From: Candidatus Bathyarchaeota archaeon
GTDB taxonomy: Archaea > Thermoproteota > Bathyarchaeia > TCS64
Assembly: GCA_030669135.1 (NCBI GenBank)
Contig: DAOVEE010000001.1
Coordinates: forward strand, 1 to 29,338
DNA length: 29,338 nt
Direction: 5' to 3'
Below the pieces are notes generated by a model that saw only the letters and a program-made list of their open reading frames with translations, was not told the DNA's origin and ran no database searches. Below, piece by piece: positions 1-6,713 of the stretch. Position 1 is the first letter of the stretch; every line of letters begins with the position of its first letter. Position numbers and translations under genes: made by a program.

Positions 1-1
1 A

Positions 2-100
2 GTCGAGTCCATAGACATCATGACGGAGCAGCTCGACTCCCATGACGGAGACACGAGGAACGTGAGCGCCATTACGATTCTGCTGAAAAATGAAGGATAA
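2..100 (+). CDS. albA: Alba DNA/RNA-binding protein, 3' end only (5' partial at window edge)
   Basis: Frame 2 reads VESIDIMTEQLDSHDGDTRNVSAITILLKNEG* (TAA 98-100). This matches the Alba C-terminal pattern I.IgTe.l...dG..rnVS.IeI.L. Not in the ORF track. Confidence 0.75.
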   Translation, partial: VESIDIMTEQLDSHDGDTRNVSAITILLKNEG

Positions 101-103
101 GAT

Positions 104-111
104 GGAGGTGA
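104..111 (+). promoter_or_regulatory. Shine-Dalgarno GGAGGTGA for the cold-shock gene
   Basis: GGAGGTGA ends 3 nt before ATG 115; canonical complement of the archaeal 16S 3' end. Confidence 0.7.
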
Positions 112-114
112 GAC

Positions 115-306
115 ATGTTGGAAGGTACAGTGAAGAGATGGATGAACGGATATGGGTTCATAGGGGTTGACGGAGAAGATGACATCTTCGTCCATAATAC
201 GGATTTAGATGGAACCTACGTGCTGATGCGGAATCAGAAAGTCGAGTTCGATGTCGAGACGACGCCGAAGGGACCTAGAGCGAGAAACGTGAAGGTTATC
301 GATTAA
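115..306 (+). CDS. csp: Cold-shock domain protein (CspA family)
   Basis: 63 aa: GTVKRW, RNP1 GYGFI, RNP2 DIFVH, C-terminal V.F.VE.TPKGPRA.NV. Confidence 0.95.
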   Translation: MLEGTVKRWMNGYGFIGVDGEDDIFVHNTDLDGTYVLMRNQKVEFDVETTPKGPRARNVKVID

Positions 307-344
307 AAACATTATGTCTACCCCATGGGTTGACGGACTCACCT

Positions 345-399
345 TCATCTTTTTTAAATAAATTGATGAAATTTCATGTAATTGAATATGTTTTTTTTT
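345..399 (+). terminator. Oligo(T) terminator candidates downstream of csp
   Basis: T-runs at 350-355 and 391-399 after the csp stop; archaeal terminators are typically U-rich. Confidence 0.4.
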
Positions 400-559
400 C
401 GAGTTTAGTTCAATCAATTATGGTTAAATATTTAGAAAACACCTATTTTCTTAAAACTCAAAATGTTTAAATGAGATACTCCATATAAATTGGTAATTAA
501 ACGAGTTCATCGGCAATATTTGCAATAATTTGAGGGAAAACCCCTCTGAGACGAATTTA

Positions 560-945
560 ATGAAGCCAAGTAACTATCGAGAAAAGAACGCCATGACCTA
601 TACTAGGAAAGAGTGCATAGGCGGAATCCCTGGCTCCAAGATCGTGAAGTTCACTATGGGAAACATATCCCGTGACTTCACCCACAAGGTCAATATCATA
701 GCCACTAAGGCCGGCCAGATCAGGCACAACGCGCTGGAGGCAGCGAAGGTCGCCGCCCTGAGGCATCTTGAAGATAGGCTTGAGCGCAGGGACTTCCTCC
801 TGAAGATTGTGCCCTATCCCACCAAGTGCTAAGAGAACATAAACGGGTCAACGTCGCGCAGGCGGACCGGTTCCAGGAGGGAATGAAGAAGGCGTATGGG
901 AAGCCCGTGGCTTATAGTGCCTGCACCTCTCATCGTGAAGCTTAG
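560..945 (+). pseudogene. rpl10e: Ribosomal protein L10e (uL16), frameshifted and 3'-truncated
   Basis: ATG 560: MKPSNYRE...YTRKECIGGIPGSKIVKFTMGN...QIRHNALEAAKVAA...IVPYP. The -1 frame from about 820 continues HQVLREHKRVNVAQADRFQEGMKKAYGKPV (the conserved YPH.vLRE.K...aDR.q.GM..a.GKp block), then AYSACTSHREA* (TAG 943-945). The expected ARV...KLP C-terminal region is missing from this frame. Confidence 0.8.
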
Positions 946-993
946 AGATGTTGGTGGGGAAGTCGACGATAAGCCAGTACATGTATGGAGGTC

Positions 994-1563
994 CTACTGG
1001 TTTGCTTTTTCGACCTTGACCAGGTTCTCGAAGTCGATCCTCAGCTGTCTGACCCAGCCCCTCTCGGCGTGGAAGTCCGCGTTGTCGCATATACACCTGA
1101 CGGGGCACACGAGCTTACCTTTCTTGTATCCTTCACAGTCGTCCTCGGTCTCCGGGACCTTCCCGCATCGCCGTATACAGAGCTTCTTGGTCAGGCTCTG
1201 GATGACGGAAAGCAGCTCCGGGACACCCAGGTTCATCTTCGTCTTTGGCGTCACCATGGTAAAACTATCTTGCCCATTCACGTAGTCGACCGCGCTGGGT
1301 GTATACTTCTCCGCCATGATGATTATCTCTCCATAATCTGTGTCATCATACTTCGAGACTATCTGTTTCACCGATTCGAGGTCCGCCTTCCCGACCTGCC
1401 CATCCTTGTCGACGAACACCTTAACGATAGTGTCCTCTCCTTCTTTGGACTTATAGTCAGCTGTACAGTTCTCGTCGTCGTACCCAGAGAACCTTACTCC
1501 GTGAAGCGTCTTTACCAGCTCCACCTCTGTATCAAGCCAATCCGAATTTACCTTTAAAGCCAT
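994..1563 (-). CDS. Hypothetical protein; possible restriction-endonuclease (Mrr)-like N-domain plus Cys/His-rich C-domain
   Basis: Open 189-aa ORF with globular composition and an AT-rich promoter region upstream. The C-terminus carries CIRRC-x9-C-x9-CPVRCIC-DNADFH. The fold call is by eye. Confidence 0.65.
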   Translation of the reverse strand: MALKVNSDWLDTEVELVKTLHGVRFSGYDDENCTADYKSKEGEDTIVKVFVDKDGQVGKADLESVKQIVSKYDDTDYGEIIIMAEKYTPSAVDYVNGQDSFTMVTPKTKMNLGVPELLSVIQSLTKKLCIRRCGKVPETEDDCEGYKKGKLVCPVRCICDNADFHAERGWVRQLRIDFENLVKVEKANQ

Positions 1564-2020
1564 TTTCCTAAAAAATCCTCAACTATTTCTATGTAATATT
1601 ATACGTGATACCGATATATAATCGATATGTAAGAAAATGTAAATAAAGAAAACAATTTTTTATATAAATCAACGTTTAATCATGTGTTTTAAAATTCGAT
1701 GATTTCGAGATTTTGTAATAAAGTGACAATTATTGAAACTGTGTGAAACATTAGAGACCGGGGGTTCTTGTTGCATCAACATAATGTATTCAATGCTTAG
1801 ATCTAGATTTCATCGGGGGCCAAGCTTTCGTAACCCCAACGCATCTCGTCCCTTAACGCCGTATCCACTTATATGTTGTACCAGCTGGTAATTACGAAGT
1901 TTGCAAATGAAATATTCGATTACTTTATATTTCATGCCTTTTTGTGTTCCTTCAAAGGGTAAAGAGATATCGTAAGGTAAACTAAGCCGCGGAGACTCTT
2001 ACCATTAACGTGTGATATAA

Positions 2021-2269
2021 ATGTCGTATGAGATTGAGCAGAGTTTCAGAAACATCGTAAGATTCTACGCCTACGAACTATACATGATTGATAAAGGGAA
2101 CAAAGCAACCTCGTTCTTCAATGAGAGACAACGCAGGAGCCTCACCAAGAACGGCGTCTTCGAGAAGATCTATGTGCACAGAGGCTGCAGGCTGAAGATC
2201 TCTGAAAAAGCTAAAGCGATCCTGAGTTCAATCGACCTATCATCCATTGCTTTAACCGATCTTTTATAA
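2021..2269 (+). CDS. Small hypothetical protein (82 aa), possibly winged-helix-like
   Basis: ATG follows an AT-rich region. R.L.KnGV.EK.Y..rG..L.IseKAKAIL resembles a wHTH recognition helix plus wing. Confidence 0.55.
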   Translation: MSYEIEQSFRNIVRFYAYELYMIDKGNKATSFFNERQRRSLTKNGVFEKIYVHRGCRLKISEKAKAILSSIDLSSIALTDLL

Positions 2270-2344
2270 TTTAAACGAGAGGCAACCAACTCTTCTACTC
2301 ATTACTTTTGGACGCAAGTTTAGAGTTTTGTCTCAACCCCTACG

Positions 2345-2352
2345 TTTTTATA
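2345..2352 (+). promoter_or_regulatory. TATA box candidate for the rps8e-srp19-gar1 cluster
   Basis: TTTTTATA about 40 nt upstream of the TTG start at 2394. Confidence 0.4.
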
Positions 2353-2393
2353 CCCCCTCCCGGTCATAGTGCTAGAACGAGAGGAAAAACACG

Positions 2394-2777
2394 TTGGCTT
2401 GGCACGACAACCTCACCAAACGCAAGAAGACAGGCGGCAAGAAACGCGCGTACCGGACGAAGCGCGTACACGAGCAGGGCAGACACCCCGTCGAGACCGC
2501 CCTCGGCGAGACCAAACGCAAGAAAGTCGAAGGCAGAGCCAGGATTGAGAAGGTCAAGCTAGTAAAAGCCGAGATGGTCAACGTCAGCGACCCTGCCACG
2601 GGCAGGACGGAGCGCCTCAAGATCCTCGACGTCGTCAGAAACCCCGCCAAGGCAGAGTACAACAGGAGAGGCGTCATCACCAAAGGCACAATTATACGCA
2701 CCGAGAAAGGCCTCGCCAAGATCATCTCCAGACCCGGCCAGGACGGCGCCCTCAACGCGGTCGTCGAGGAAGAGTAA
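2394..2777 (+). CDS. rps8e: 30S ribosomal protein S8e
   Basis: KRKKTGGK...KR..E.GR.P.ET.LG, NPA..EYNRRGVITKGTII.T..G.A.I.SRPGQDG.LNAV. TTG start. Confidence 0.97.
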   Translation: MAWHDNLTKRKKTGGKKRAYRTKRVHEQGRHPVETALGETKRKKVEGRARIEKVKLVKAEMVNVSDPATGRTERLKILDVVRNPAKAEYNRRGVITKGTIIRTEKGLAKIISRPGQDGALNAVVEEE

Positions 2778-2817
2778 CCTTCTTAGCCGGAGACCCGGCA
2801 AACCTATGTGAACAGCC

Positions 2818-3096
2818 TTGAGGGGAAAGGGTAAACTCCGCGTTTGGCCAGTATACTTCGACGCCAGTTATAGCAGAGGAGAGGGAAGGAGAGTCCCCCG
2901 ATCCAAGGCTGTCAGGAGCCCCAAGGCAGAGGACATCGAGAAAGCAGCTAGGAGGCTCGGACTCAACCCAGTTCTGGAGCCCGCGGCCACTTACAGCAAG
3001 CACCCGTGGAGGCCTATCGGAGTAGTCCTCGTGGACAAGAAGGGCACCAAGACCCGGATCATCAAGGACATCGCCGAGGAGCTGAAGCGGCGATGA
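2818..3096 (+). CDS. srp19: Signal recognition particle 19 kDa protein
   Basis: VWPVYFD...SR.EGRRVP...AV.SP....I..AA..LG...P..W...G.V.V.K...K..II..IA. Confidence 0.95.
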   Translation: MRGKGKLRVWPVYFDASYSRGEGRRVPRSKAVRSPKAEDIEKAARRLGLNPVLEPAATYSKHPWRPIGVVLVDKKGTKTRIIKDIAEELKRR

Positions 3097-3380
3097 AGAT
3101 CAAGGCTAAGCTCGGCGACGTGCTGCACCGCTCAGGTAGCAGCGGCCACCTCATAGTCAGGCTAGAGGCCGAGACACACATCGGCGAGCCGGTTTACGAC
3201 ATGAAAGGGACCCGGGTGGGTACCGTCTTCGATATCTTCGGACCCGTGGAGGCACCATTCGCGTCTGTAAGGACCCGCGAAGACGATGAGGAGACCGAAC
3301 ACAAAGCGCTCTTCCTCGGAGAACAGAAGAGGCAGAGCAAGCCAAGAGACAGGTCTAGGCGTCGTAGAAACCGGTCTTAG
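3093..3380 (+). CDS. gar1: H/ACA RNP Gar1/Naf1 family protein
   Basis: ATG 3093 overlaps the srp19 stop (ATGA). LG.VLH......LIV...IG..VYD..G..VG.V.DIFGPV..PF.SV, followed by a basic tail. Confidence 0.9.
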   Translation: MKIKAKLGDVLHRSGSSGHLIVRLEAETHIGEPVYDMKGTRVGTVFDIFGPVEAPFASVRTREDDEETEHKALFLGEQKRQSKPRDRSRRRRNRS

Positions 3381-3781
3381 GCAGGGTTCAGGCAGTCTCT
3401 TACCCCCATGACTTCACCGCCCTTTAGGTACACCCTAGGCACTCTTCTACCCACCCCGCACGTCACCTCGTGGGCGATGGTGCCGAGCCACCCTGCTACC
3501 TCCTCCATTGTTGGAGCGCCGTCAGAGCCGTCCCCGAACAGCGTCACGGTGTCGCTAACCTCGACCTGCCCTATATCCGTCACGTCTACCATGCACTGAT
3601 CCATGCACACACTCCCGACGATTGGGGCCCGGCGTCCATCGATAGTCACCTCCCCGACGTTGCTCAGACCCCTGCTGTAGCCGTCGGCGTAGCCGACGGG
3701 AAGCGTGTCTATCCTGCTCTTCCTCTCAGTGCTGTGGGGGAGGCCGTAGCTAAGCCCCGTGCCGGGCGGATCATGTGAGTT
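3377..3781 (-). pseudogene. alr: Alanine racemase, C-terminal half only (bacterial type)
   Basis: The frame is open from 3781: ...PPGTGLSYG...TERKSRIDTLPVGYADGYSRGLSNVGEVTIDGRRAPIVGSVCMDQCMVDVT...GTIAHEVTCGVGRRVPRVY. An in-frame TGA lies at 3782-3784. The N-terminal PLP-Lys barrel is absent. Confidence 0.85.
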
Positions 3782-3864
3782 TCATGGATCATAGAGAATT
3801 GTTAAACGGCGGACACTATAAATCTTGGAGGTTTATCCTAGTAACCTCGCTCCAGTTCGGTGTT

Positions 3865-3940
3865 TGGCGCGGTCGGCAGGATTCGAACCCGCGACCCCGG
3901 GTTCCGAAGACCCGTGCTCTATCCACTGAGCTACGACCGC
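3865..3940 (-). tRNA. tRNA-Arg (anticodon UCG), 76 nt, intronless, CCA encoded
   Basis: GCGGTCG/CGACCGC acceptor stem, D arm GCTC-AGTGGATA-GAGC with the Arg determinant A20, anticodon stem CGGGT/ACCCG with loop CT-TCG-GA, T loop TTCGAAT, discriminator G followed by CCA. Confidence 0.97.
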
Positions 3941-4023
3941 CCATGGTTCAGAGATTCGCACACTAGAAAAGGGTTACCCCTCCACGGGTTGAACCTAAAT
4001 ACCTGTAGCTCGACACGATACAC

Positions 4024-4203
4024 GTGAACACCGAGGTCAACCTGCCATACGGAGAGACGAGTTTAAGACAGAGCATTCCCGACAGATTCGGATGCACCTT
4101 GCTGGAGCCGAGGGACGTGAAGAAGGCTCTCGACGCCGTTGACCAGGATCCTAAGATAAGCATAATACCCGGGGGTCCGTCTACGATTTCACTGTTGGAG
4201 TGA
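4024..4203 (+). pseudogene. Internally deleted LarA-family remnant (59 aa: N-terminus fused to C-terminus)
   Basis: GTG 4024: VNTEVNLPYGETSLRQSIPDRFGCTLLEPRDV|KKALDAVDQDPKISIIPGGPSTISLLE*. The first half matches the LarA N-terminal LPY motif (shared LPYGET with the 20582-21817 gene). The second half matches the LarA C-terminal ekA.....q.akv.vIP.G motif. Below the 60-aa track cut-off. Confidence 0.6.
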
Positions 4204-4670
4204 TGGTTATGCGGCCTGAGAGGGTGGTTCAGAGCGTCGAGGTTACCGCGCTGGTCCACGCGACGGAGGACGAGTCCAAGGTAAGGAAAGCCGTCCTGAA
4301 CCTTTTGCCACCGGGCATCGATCCTCCGGCCCTCAAGGCCGTCAAGCTGCAGGGCTACTATGGGGACCCCTTAACCGCCCTCAAGCTCAACGTGAAGCAC
4401 AGGAAGCCCGCCACGGATCTGCTTGAGCACGTCGTCAGACGGCTCTCGTCTCTGGATCTCCAGGCCTTCCTAGATGAGCTGCCCCAGCGCATCGACGAAT
4501 CGAAGAACCTTTACATCAGGCTCGACAAGCAGAAGGCGTACACCGGGAAGGCGGTGTTGGAGAGGCATGACTCCATCAGGGTCAAGGCGAAGCTCCGGCT
4601 CCCCCACAAGGCGGACCCCGTAGAGTCCATACGGATGTACATAGAATCCTTGGAGACGTATCCGACATGA
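4200..4670 (+). CDS. Predicted RNA-binding protein (COG1325/PF01877 type, exosome-superoperon associated)
   Basis: VHATEDE.KV..AV.NLL, G.YG.P, .LY IRLDKQ.AY.G; lies immediately upstream of rnp3 as in other archaea. Confidence 0.85.
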   Translation: MMVMRPERVVQSVEVTALVHATEDESKVRKAVLNLLPPGIDPPALKAVKLQGYYGDPLTALKLNVKHRKPATDLLEHVVRRLSSLDLQAFLDELPQRIDESKNLYIRLDKQKAYTGKAVLERHDSIRVKAKLRLPHKADPVESIRMYIESLETYPT

Positions 4671-5341
4671 GGCGCTTCATAGACCTCCAAATACTCCCCG
4701 GGCCAGGGAAGACGGCTGAGATGCTGAGCCACGCCAACCACTTGGGATACTCTGCGGTCGGCTGCGGGGGGGACCCCCCGTCTGACGCTTCCATCGACGT
4801 AATATCCCGGCTTGACGTCGCGCCTAGGAGCCAGCAGGACCTACAGCGCATGCTCAAAGGGAACAGACGGAAGCATGAGGTGATATCGGTTCTGTGTCTA
4901 TCTAAGGGCGTGGCCCGCCGGGCGGCCAAGAACCCCAGGGTAGATCTTCTGAGGTTCCCGAGGTGCCCTTCGAGGAGGACAGTCTGGCTTGACAGACAGC
5001 AGGCGGCGTTGGCGGGTGAAGGGGGCTGCCAATTCGAGGTGGTGGCTAGTGACTTACTTACCCAGGACCCTGAGAAGCTGGGCTACGTCATCAAGCAACT
5101 GGAAAAGGAGGTCTTGAACGCCCGAAGATACGACGTGCCCGTGGTGCTCTCCAGTGGAGCCGACTCTGTTAACGGTATGAGGGCCCCGAGGTCGTTAGCC
5201 GCGTTGATGAGCCTCATCGGGTTGGGCGAGGAGGAGTCGCTGGACCTGGTCTCCGTGAACCCATGGGCCCTGGTCGAAAGAAACCGTGATAAGCTCTCCG
5301 CGTCATATGTTTCACCCGGAGTCCGGGTGATGGATTCTTGA
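4667..5341 (+). CDS. rnp3: Ribonuclease P protein component 3 (Rpp30)
   Basis: PHP/TIM-like: MRRFIDL, R.A.KNPRVDLL, P.VLSSGA.S...MRAPR.LAAL..LIG; ATGA overlap with the upstream gene. Confidence 0.9.
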   Translation: MRRFIDLQILPGPGKTAEMLSHANHLGYSAVGCGGDPPSDASIDVISRLDVAPRSQQDLQRMLKGNRRKHEVISVLCLSKGVARRAAKNPRVDLLRFPRCPSRRTVWLDRQQAALAGEGGCQFEVVASDLLTQDPEKLGYVIKQLEKEVLNARRYDVPVVLSSGADSVNGMRAPRSLAALMSLIGLGEEESLDLVSVNPWALVERNRDKLSASYVSPGVRVMDS

Positions 5342-6075
5342 CCGAGAAGGCGAAGATAGACATACTGGTTCACTGCTTCTACCACAGGGTGGGTCTTCAC
5401 AGGGGGCACCCCGTGCTGAGCGTCAGATGGCCCCTCACGCCGATGCCTCAGGAGACGGTGAACGAGGTTTATGGAGGCAAGGTCTTCAGCCTAGGGAGCA
5501 CAAACACTGTGCTCATAAGGGACGGAGACCTGAACATGGTCCACGACCCAGGTATACTGCAGCTGGGCAGGTACGGCACCCTAAAGATGAGACTGGAGGA
5601 GTTCGGGCTGAAGCCGAACGACATAGACGTCGTGATCAACAGCCACTGCCACTACGACCACATAGAGGCTAACTACATGTTCAAGGGCAAGCCGCTCTAC
5701 GTCCACGAGGAGGAGGTAAAGTTCTGCGACAGGCTGTACTGGCCCGAGTTCACCGAGGCCTTCATGGGCATCATGGACGTGAAGAGCTTCAACGGCGACG
5801 CACGGGTCTCCGACAACGTGAAGATCATCGAGACGGTGGGCCATACCCCGGGGAGCGTAACGACCCTCGTGGACACGGAGGACGGCCTCGTCGCTCTGGT
5901 GGGGGACGCCGCCATAGTTAAGGAGGACCTGCTGGAGCTGAGACCGCCGAGCGTGGTCACGAAGAACCTTGAGGCCGACGTCGCCGTGGCCAGTCTGCGG
6001 AAGATCAGGGACCTAAACCCCGTCTTGGTGGTGCCCGGCCACGACGCGCCCTTCTCTCCACAAGGTTTAAAATAA
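5338..6075 (+). CDS. Metallo-beta-lactamase fold hydrolase (AHL-lactonase/glyoxalase II-like)
   Basis: HCHYDH (HxHxDH), GHTPGS, LVGDA, PGHD; the TTG start overlaps the rnp3 stop. Confidence 0.88.
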   Translation: MTEKAKIDILVHCFYHRVGLHRGHPVLSVRWPLTPMPQETVNEVYGGKVFSLGSTNTVLIRDGDLNMVHDPGILQLGRYGTLKMRLEEFGLKPNDIDVVINSHCHYDHIEANYMFKGKPLYVHEEEVKFCDRLYWPEFTEAFMGIMDVKSFNGDARVSDNVKIIETVGHTPGSVTTLVDTEDGLVALVGDAAIVKEDLLELRPPSVVTKNLEADVAVASLRKIRDLNPVLVVPGHDAPFSPQGLK

Positions 6076-6254
6076 TCTGCCCTGTAAGGCTTGGCAGTGA
6101 ATAGATTTGCCGACGCACGGGTCTCTTACTAAAGCAGGAAAGGTAAGAGCTCAGACCCCTAAGATCGATGGCATTGATAGGAAGAGCCCCTCCCCAAAGA
6201 GAAGGAACAAATCTAACTATAAGAAGCGGATTCTCTACGTCAGGGAAGACCGCT

Positions 6255-6599
6255 TTAGAAGAAGACGTTAGAGATATTTTTGAACGATTTCACGAATGTG
6301 CTGAACCAGGGTAGGGTCATCAGGTACCTGAATAATAGTAGACCGATTGATGCAACTAGACCTAGGTAGCCTAGTCCTTTTATCCAGTCGAAGGGGCTTC
6401 CGGTGGGTCCTGTGGATGTATCCGGAGGCTCTTTGAGGTACTCGCTGGGCTGGTAGGAGGCGTTGGTCACTTGGGCGCTGTACGTGTAGATCGTGAGGAT
6501 GAGGGCTAACGACGTGACTAAGCCGAGGGATAGCCTCCAGTTCGCGTTAGAAGACGCCTTGATGAGACGCATGTATCTCTGTATGCCCATTACTTTCAT
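6255..6599 (-). CDS. Hypothetical membrane protein, two TM segments
   Basis: 114 aa with hydrophobic LSLGLVTSLALILTIYTY and GLGYLGLVASIGLLLFRYL separated by a polar Pro/Thr loop. Confidence 0.55.
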   Translation of the reverse strand: MKVMGIQRYMRLIKASSNANWRLSLGLVTSLALILTIYTYSAQVTNASYQPSEYLKEPPDTSTGPTGSPFDWIKGLGYLGLVASIGLLLFRYLMTLPWFSTFVKSFKNISNVFF

Positions 6600-6713
6600 T
6601 TAGGCTTCAAGAAATGAGGTTAAAAACATGATGTACCTCTCTGGCGGTTACATCGTGCATAGTTTTGAAGGAGTCTTCTCGATGTCGCCCCGATCTTGAC
6701 GTCGGTTTAAAAA

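Noticed and set aside
205-417. 70-aa minus-strand ORF over csp and the AT-rich gap
   Set aside because: Overlaps csp antisense, runs through poly-A/T, and has no motif.
543-555. 13-bp match CCTCTGAGACGAA shared with 12301-12313
   Set aside because: Several 13-mers are expected to repeat by chance in this window (about 6), and no shared context is visible.
811-825. Programmed -1 frameshift restoring rpl10e
   Set aside because: No X XXY YYZ slippery heptamer, and even the shifted product is truncated at 945.
1564-2020. Calling the AT-rich region a replication origin
   Set aside because: Only one loose ORB-like string and no orc1/cdc6 in the window; kept only as a weak alternative in the findings.
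3368-3390. Possible att-site copy of the tRNA 3' end (GGTCTTAGGCAGGGTTCAG versus GGTCGGCAGGATTCGA)
   Set aside because: The similarity is short and gapped, with no integrase nearby; not distinguishable from chance.
3963-4259. 98-aa minus-strand ORF upstream of the tRNA
   Set aside because: No motif; the plus-strand LarA-like frame explains the region better.
5796-6125. 15-bp exact direct repeat CGACGCACGGGTCTC (5796-5810 and 6111-6125)
   Set aside because: About 0.4 such matches are expected by chance in 29 kb (about 4.3e8 pairs / 4^15), and the similarity does not extend on either side.
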